64,000 nt of DNA from a bacterium (GTDB lineage: Bacteria; Patescibacteriota; Minisyncoccia; Phycocordibacterales; CALRBL01), in NCBI GenBank assembly GCA_027487075.1, contig JAIYEG010000002.1, forward strand, positions 79,202 to 143,201, written 5' to 3'. The translations under genes and the position numbers were made by a program. Positions 59,575 to 64,000 of the stretch are shown here, one piece after another (the stretch's first letter is position 1; each line of letters begins with the position of its first letter). Below the pieces are notes generated by a model that saw only the letters and a program-made list of their open reading frames with translations, ran no database searches and was not told the DNA's origin.

Positions 59575-61446
59575 ATGTGCGGAATTGCAGGCATTATCGG
59601 AAATCCTCGTTCAAAAAAAGAAACCATCAAGAAGATGGTGGACGCTATCACTCATAGAGGCCCAGACGATGACGGCTACTTTAGCGATCCGTTTGTGACG
59701 TTCGGCATGCGCCGACTTTCTATCATCGACCTTGGCGGAGGCAAGCAGCCTATCGAAAATGAAACGGGGAGCCTTGTCGTTGTCTTCAATGGCGAGATCT
59801 ACAACTATCAGGAACTCTACGACGAGCTCATCGGCAAAGGTCACACCTTTCGCACCAAGAGTGATACCGAGGTGCTCCTCCACCTCTACGAAGAAGAAGG
59901 TGAAGCTATGCTCACCAAACTTCGCGGAATGTTTGCTTTTTCTATTTATGACAAGACCACTAAAGAACTTTTCATCGCGCGCGATTACTTCGGTATCAAG
60001 CCACTTTACTACCTCGTCAAAGATGACAAGATCGTCGCTTACGGGTCAGAGATCAAAAGTTTGCTCCACTATCCAGGCTTCAAGCGAGAGGTAAACAACG
60101 ACGCGGTCTACAACTATCTTTCATATCAATACAACCCGCTCGAAGAAACCTTTTTCAAAGGTATTTGGAAACTTCCCCCTGCAAGCTATCTCAAAATAAA
60201 AATGGACGGCACCAAGCAAAACGTGAGTCAGAATACCTACTGGTCATATAAGTTCGCGCTTCCTGAGACAGACGAGAAAAAACTCAAAGCTGAAGTACTT
60301 TCAGGACTTGAGGATTCGGTGAAAGCACACATGGTAAGCGACGTGCCTGTCGGCTCATTCTTGAGCGGTGGCATCGACAGCGCATCAATCGTGGCACTGA
60401 TGAGCAAGAACACGCAGCAAAAAGTGTCGACCTTCACTATTGGCTTTGACAAAGTCAGCGAGCTCAAGGAAGCAAAGCAGATGGCAGACTTTATCGGCAC
60501 CGATCACCACGAAATCCTTCTCAAATCAGACGAGTATCTTGCCGCGCTTCCGAATATCGTATGGCATTTTGATGAGCCAGTTGCTGATCCTTCGGCCGTT
60601 GCACTTTATTTCCTTGCAAAAGAAGCCCGCAAGCATGTAAAAGTGGTACTTTCAGGTGAAGGCGCAGACGAGCTCTTCGGCGGATACAACATTTACCGCG
60701 AACCATTCGCGCTCCGCAAGCTCAACATCATTCCCAAGGCTCTTCGCGATCTCTTGCTTCGACCTCTCGCATTTTCAGGACTCAAGTTCTTCGGCAAGAA
60801 CTATCTGCGCCGCCATTTTATGAAAATCGAAGATCGCTACATCGGCAACGCCCACATCTTCAAATCAGGAGAGCTTGGACATTTGTGGGTCCACAAAGAT
60901 GGAGAGAGCAGGGAGGATCGCCTTTCACTTGAGCCATGGTATCGCAAGATGAAGGGTCTTACTGACTCACAAAAAATGCAGTCAATCGACATTGCATTTT
61001 GGCTTCCTGGTGACATTCTTCAAAAGGCAGACAAGATGACGATGGCACACTCCCTCGAACTTCGCGTGCCTTTTCTTGATAAGAAGATTGCGGAGATTTC
61101 TGAGAAAGTTCCTGAAAGTTTGAAATACAAAGGAGGGAAGACCAAATACATTTTGCGTGAAGCACTCAAGGGTGTACTTCCTAAGGCAACCGCTGGCCGC
61201 AAGAAGCTTGGCTTCCCTACAGCGCTCCGCCACTGGCTTCGTGAAAAACCTGAGGCTTTCTCTACGGTCATCATAGAAAATGAGTACATCAAAGAGCACT
61301 TCAAGCTCGGCTTCATCAAGCATCTCTTCAAAGAACACGCATCTGGCAAAGCCGACAACTCTCGTAAGATTTATATTCTTTACATCTTGGCGCTTTGGTA
61401 TACTGTGTTTATTGAAGACAAGCCGTCTGTGTCACCTACAGCATAA
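59575..61446 (+). CDS. asnB: asparagine synthase (glutamine-hydrolysing) family amidotransferase
   Basis: MCGIAG, HRGPD, LSGGIDS, SGEGADELFGGY. Confidence 0.95.
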   Translation: MCGIAGIIGNPRSKKETIKKMVDAITHRGPDDDGYFSDPFVTFGMRRLSIIDLGGGKQPIENETGSLVVVFNGEIYNYQELYDELIGKGHTFRTKSDTEVLLHLYEEEGEAMLTKLRGMFAFSIYDKTTKELFIARDYFGIKPLYYLVKDDKIVAYGSEIKSLLHYPGFKREVNNDAVYNYLSYQYNPLEETFFKGIWKLPPASYLKIKMDGTKQNVSQNTYWSYKFALPETDEKKLKAEVLSGLEDSVKAHMVSDVPVGSFLSGGIDSASIVALMSKNTQQKVSTFTIGFDKVSELKEAKQMADFIGTDHHEILLKSDEYLAALPNIVWHFDEPVADPSAVALYFLAKEARKHVKVVLSGEGADELFGGYNIYREPFALRKLNIIPKALRDLLLRPLAFSGLKFFGKNYLRRHFMKIEDRYIGNAHIFKSGELGHLWVHKDGESREDRLSLEPWYRKMKGLTDSQKMQSIDIAFWLPGDILQKADKMTMAHSLELRVPFLDKKIAEISEKVPESLKYKGGKTKYILREALKGVLPKATAGRKKLGFPTALRHWLREKPEAFSTVIIENEYIKEHFKLGFIKHLFKEHASGKADNSRKIYILYILALWYTVFIEDKPSVSPTA

Positions 61447-61479
61447 AGGAGTGATCCCACCTTACGTGCGATGACTGTT

Positions 61480-61849
61480 TTGTCCTGGAGATGAGTTTGA
61501 ATGGCGTTCGCACGAATGCCGGCTCTTTTCAGGAAACAACGTTAGTAATTAGCCTATCGATAAAGCGCAATGCAACTGAGTACCACTCAACACTGCCGCG
61601 GGTCCGATATCAGTATCGGACATCACCCCATCGTAACGACGGAGCCGTCCGTCCACTGAAAGGAGGTGATTTGATTCACTCAAAGGTAAGCGGCACACGC
61701 CCTCTCAACTGCGTGACCAAATACTGATGAGTAGACCGTGCGCAACGGACAACGGTCGTCCACGCGCTTAGGCCGGCGAGTTTAAACGGCTCGTCTCATT
61801 CCAAGCACCCGGATACATGTCTCATCGAGATGTGCCCGGGTGCTTTTTT
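61480..61849 (+). ncRNA. unrecognised ~370-nt multi-hairpin RNA
   Basis: Nested helices AAGCGC/GCGCTT, TGCCGC/GCGGCA, ATCACC/GGTGAT; several hairpins; terminator 61803-61849. Confidence 0.6.
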
Positions 61850-61891
61850 ATTCTATTAACAATACCTGTAGATATGCTATAGTTGCTGTAC

Positions 61892-62077
61892 ATGAAATCC
61901 TGGCTTAAAAAGCTTTTTTATACTGTAAATAACACTCCTAAAAAACCAGATCAGGAGCTTTTTGATCGTGCTTACAGTAATCGCAAAGAAGAAATTATTT
62001 CTTTAAGAAAATATGATCGTGGAGAAAAACAAATTACACCATCCAACCTCAGAAAACTTGTTCAGAGCATACGCTAA
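61892..62077 (+). CDS. small protein in antitoxin position upstream of a Doc-like gene
   Basis: MKSWLKKLFY...; TGnTATAGT upstream; overlaps the Doc-like ORF. Confidence 0.55.
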   Translation: MKSWLKKLFYTVNNTPKKPDQELFDRAYSNRKEEIISLRKYDRGEKQITPSNLRKLVQSIR

Positions 62078-62398
62078 ACTGCAAGAACTTGAGTCTATTC
62101 CTATAGATATCCTACTGACGAAAATAAAGCTGCGGCATACTTCTGCTACATAATAAAAGATCATCCCGTAACAGACGGAAACAAAAGACTCGCTGTATAT
62201 TATTTAGAAATTTTCTGTGAAGAACACGATCTTAAAATTGACTTGCCGGTATACCCAGAAAAGATGACGCTAGATAAGCTTGCGGTATCAGTAGAAAATA
62301 CAAGTAGTAAAGATATGGACATGGATAATCTTATAAAAGCTGTTGAAATTATATTATTCAAACTAAACAAAGCACACAAGGAGGTAAGAATTTCATAG
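62013..62398 (+). pseudogene. frameshifted Fic/Doc-family toxin
   Basis: The ATG 62013 frame shifts -1 near 62095-62101 into YRYPTDENKAAAYFCYIIKDHPVTDGNKRLA...; HPxxDGNKR motif. Confidence 0.7.
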
Positions 62399-62699
62399 CA
62401 CCTAACAGTCTAGAACTTTCATGCTTGAAGAGTAGGGAAGAGTCCCCTGCTACTAAAGGCTAAAAAGTAAGACTTCGGTAAGTAGGCGAGTATACATCAA
62501 CGATGATTAAGAAACTATAAAAGTATGATGGATATTTTGCATTAGCAGAATTCATAAGAGCGCCAAAGGTATCAAAAAAAATACAGCTTTAGCAATACAG
62601 AATGTCGGGAGTAGCGTAGTATAGTGTGTCGCAAAAGATACATTGTGCGACATCATATATGCCGCTCCCCTAGGAGTTATCCACAGTCAATAAATAAAA

Positions 62700-62728
62700 A
62701 ACTGGCGTGGATTTCTCCACGCCAGTTG
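62700..62728. terminator. terminator for the minus-strand gene
   Basis: AACTGGCGTGGA-TTTC-TCCACGCCAGTT preceded by an A run. Confidence 0.75.
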
Positions 62729-62777
62729 ATTAATCTGCCCTCCTTCCTATTAAAATTTAATTGAGAAATGTTGCAGC

Positions 62778-63212
62778 TTAGGCTGCCGCAGCCATTTCCT
62801 CAGCACCAGGAGGAAAGATCACATTCGTTGCGCACCCAACGATGTAGTCGAACGTGATGTTCTGATCGGTGACGTCGAGCGCCGTAAACGCCGCATGCGT
62901 CTTGAGGATCTTCAGTCCGATCAGCTTCCGCAGCAGATCGTTGACAACTGCTTTGGTGGTACGCATCCGACGGCAAACCACTGCACGCAACTCCTTCGTA
63001 TTCACCATAGTGGCAGTAATTTCCTCTACCACCTTCCTTCGAGTTCGCGTAGCATTGCGATTGAATTCTTCGCGAGAGCGCTCCTGGAAATGTGCGTTGT
63101 AGACGACCCGGAGGATTTCCTGAAGGATTTCCTGGGGGGTCCGGAAGTTGGTAGGATTCTGACGGACCGTCTTGCAACGAGCCCCACGATGACGAACTTT
63201 CTTTTTGATCAT
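62778..63212 (-). CDS. basic hypothetical protein
   Basis: 144-aa ORF; an overlapping alternative frame (62800-63246) looks less protein-like. Confidence 0.55.
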   Translation of the reverse strand: MIKKKVRHRGARCKTVRQNPTNFRTPQEILQEILRVVYNAHFQERSREEFNRNATRTRRKVVEEITATMVNTKELRAVVCRRMRTTKAVVNDLLRKLIGLKILKTHAAFTALDVTDQNITFDYIVGCATNVIFPPGAEEMAAAA

Positions 63213-63302
63213 TGAATATGACTAACTGAGTTAACAAACGTTCCATGGCCCAATAGCCACTTCACGTACCAAAGAATATTTAACCACATAGTCTCTAAAC
63301 AC

Positions 63303-63333
63303 ACAAGACCCGCCGGTAAGGGCGGGTCTTGTG
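63303..63333. terminator. terminator hairpin
   Basis: ACAAGACCCGCC-GGTAAG-GGCGGGTCTTGT. Confidence 0.8.
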
Positions 63334-63350
63334 ACGAAAACTTCTATTGA

Positions 63351-63821
63351 TTACTTAACACTCACATTCACAGCGAGAGCTTGGTCTGCCTTGGGTCCCC
63401 AACATGGTCGGGACGCACTCCATGGCTGAGCCCCCTGCTCGTCGTACAGATACTCACCGTACTCAAGGTTACCCTTAAGTGTATAAATATCGAATCCGAG
63501 CTCTTTAGAACGTTGGAGGTGATACTTCTCATTGATCTGCATTACCCCCACATCGGCAGGATTCACCTTCCCTCGAAGGAGTACCCCATCCGATACATAC
63601 TGTCGATAATGTGATTCACAGCGAGCGATTTCGGCAAGAAGTGGCTTGTCCTTAAAGAACTCGCGTGTAATCTTCTTGATGTCAGCACTGCTGGTTGCGT
63701 TAGTAATGTCAATATTCTGTTCTGTAGTTGTTACTGCGACTGTCTGAGCCTCTAGATTAACTGGGCCTTTGATGATGTCAGGGGTATTTGCTACCGAGAC
63801 GAGCATCATCGAACTAATCAA
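63351..63821 (-). CDS. secreted lysozyme-like/lytic transglycosylase protein
   Basis: IARCES, VGVMQIN, GAQPWSAS; start uncertain. Confidence 0.8.
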   Translation of the reverse strand: MISSMMLVSVANTPDIIKGPVNLEAQTVAVTTTEQNIDITNATSSADIKKITREFFKDKPLLAEIARCESHYRQYVSDGVLLRGKVNPADVGVMQINEKYHLQRSKELGFDIYTLKGNLEYGEYLYDEQGAQPWSASRPCWGPKADQALAVNVSVK

Positions 63822-64000
63822 TATTTGTAAAATAAGCCTTTTTTTAGCTGGTAATCCGCATATCCGTTACTCATTCGTATTATGCTGGTTGCACAGTTTT
63901 CTTAGATCACACCTTGGTCGTACTCCCCTGAATACATAATGTAGTGATGGGAAGACCAATGTGAGTTCCTTGAAAGAAAAAGCCAGATCTGATCTGGTTA

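Noticed and set aside
61724-61760. Hammerhead ribozyme (CUGAUGA)
   Set aside because: No stem II closed by C-GAAA in any permutation I could find.
62607-62670. Long imperfect hairpin GGGAG...TGTCGCA/TGCGACA...CTCCC as an RNA gene
   Set aside because: No supporting promoter, terminator or family motif; insufficient evidence.
62677-62685. oriC (DnaA box TTATCCACA)
   Set aside because: A single box, with no cluster and no dnaA nearby.
298-63614. Numerous short overlapping or antisense ORFs in the ORF track
   Set aside because: They are shadows of well-supported genes or RNAs and carry no motifs (e.g. 655-918, 2663-3049, 3537-3722, 38706-38948, 61491-61727).
1-64000. tRNA/tmRNA genes and IS transposases
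   Set aside because: No T-loop GTTCRA cloverleaf in intergenic regions and no transposase ORF seen by eye.

Overview
This looks like chromosomal DNA of a Patescibacteria (CPR, probably Parcubacteria). The evidence is a minor-pilin cluster, truncated AlaRS and AspRS, a sigma4/HARE-HTH protein, an FtsA-like plus baseplate-J-like gene pair, and almost no Shine-Dalgarno sequences. Most of the window is housekeeping: rnpB, six aminoacyl-tRNA synthetases, infA-rpmJ-rpsMKD-rpoA-rplQM-rpsI, grpE/dnaK/dnaJ, scpAB, mraY-ftsW-murG and asnB. The interesting signal is intergenic. (1) A self-contained, terminated RNA of about 270 nt at 38602-38876 reproduces the h7/h11/h12 part of the 16S rRNA 5' domain, with compensatory changes and a 57-nt insert. 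It lies next to an orphan PemK/MazF gene that also has its own convergent ~45-nt RNA. (2) Two or three more large, hairpin-rich, terminated RNAs occur at 3267-3716 (with a boxA-like 5' element), 61480-61849 (with a sequestered 13-nt complement of the 16S 3' end) and possibly 2482-2821. (3) A 99-aa ORF ending SPRAP plus a terminator-like structure precedes dnaK, resembling an arrest-peptide attenuator. Other oddities are a Nudix domain inserted in LeuRS, an ALDH fused to a class-I-LysRS-like anticodon-binding domain, a non-SSB protein with an SSB-type DDIPF tail, and pervasive leaderless-type promoters. All calls come from reading the sequence by eye; no searches or folding programs were run.
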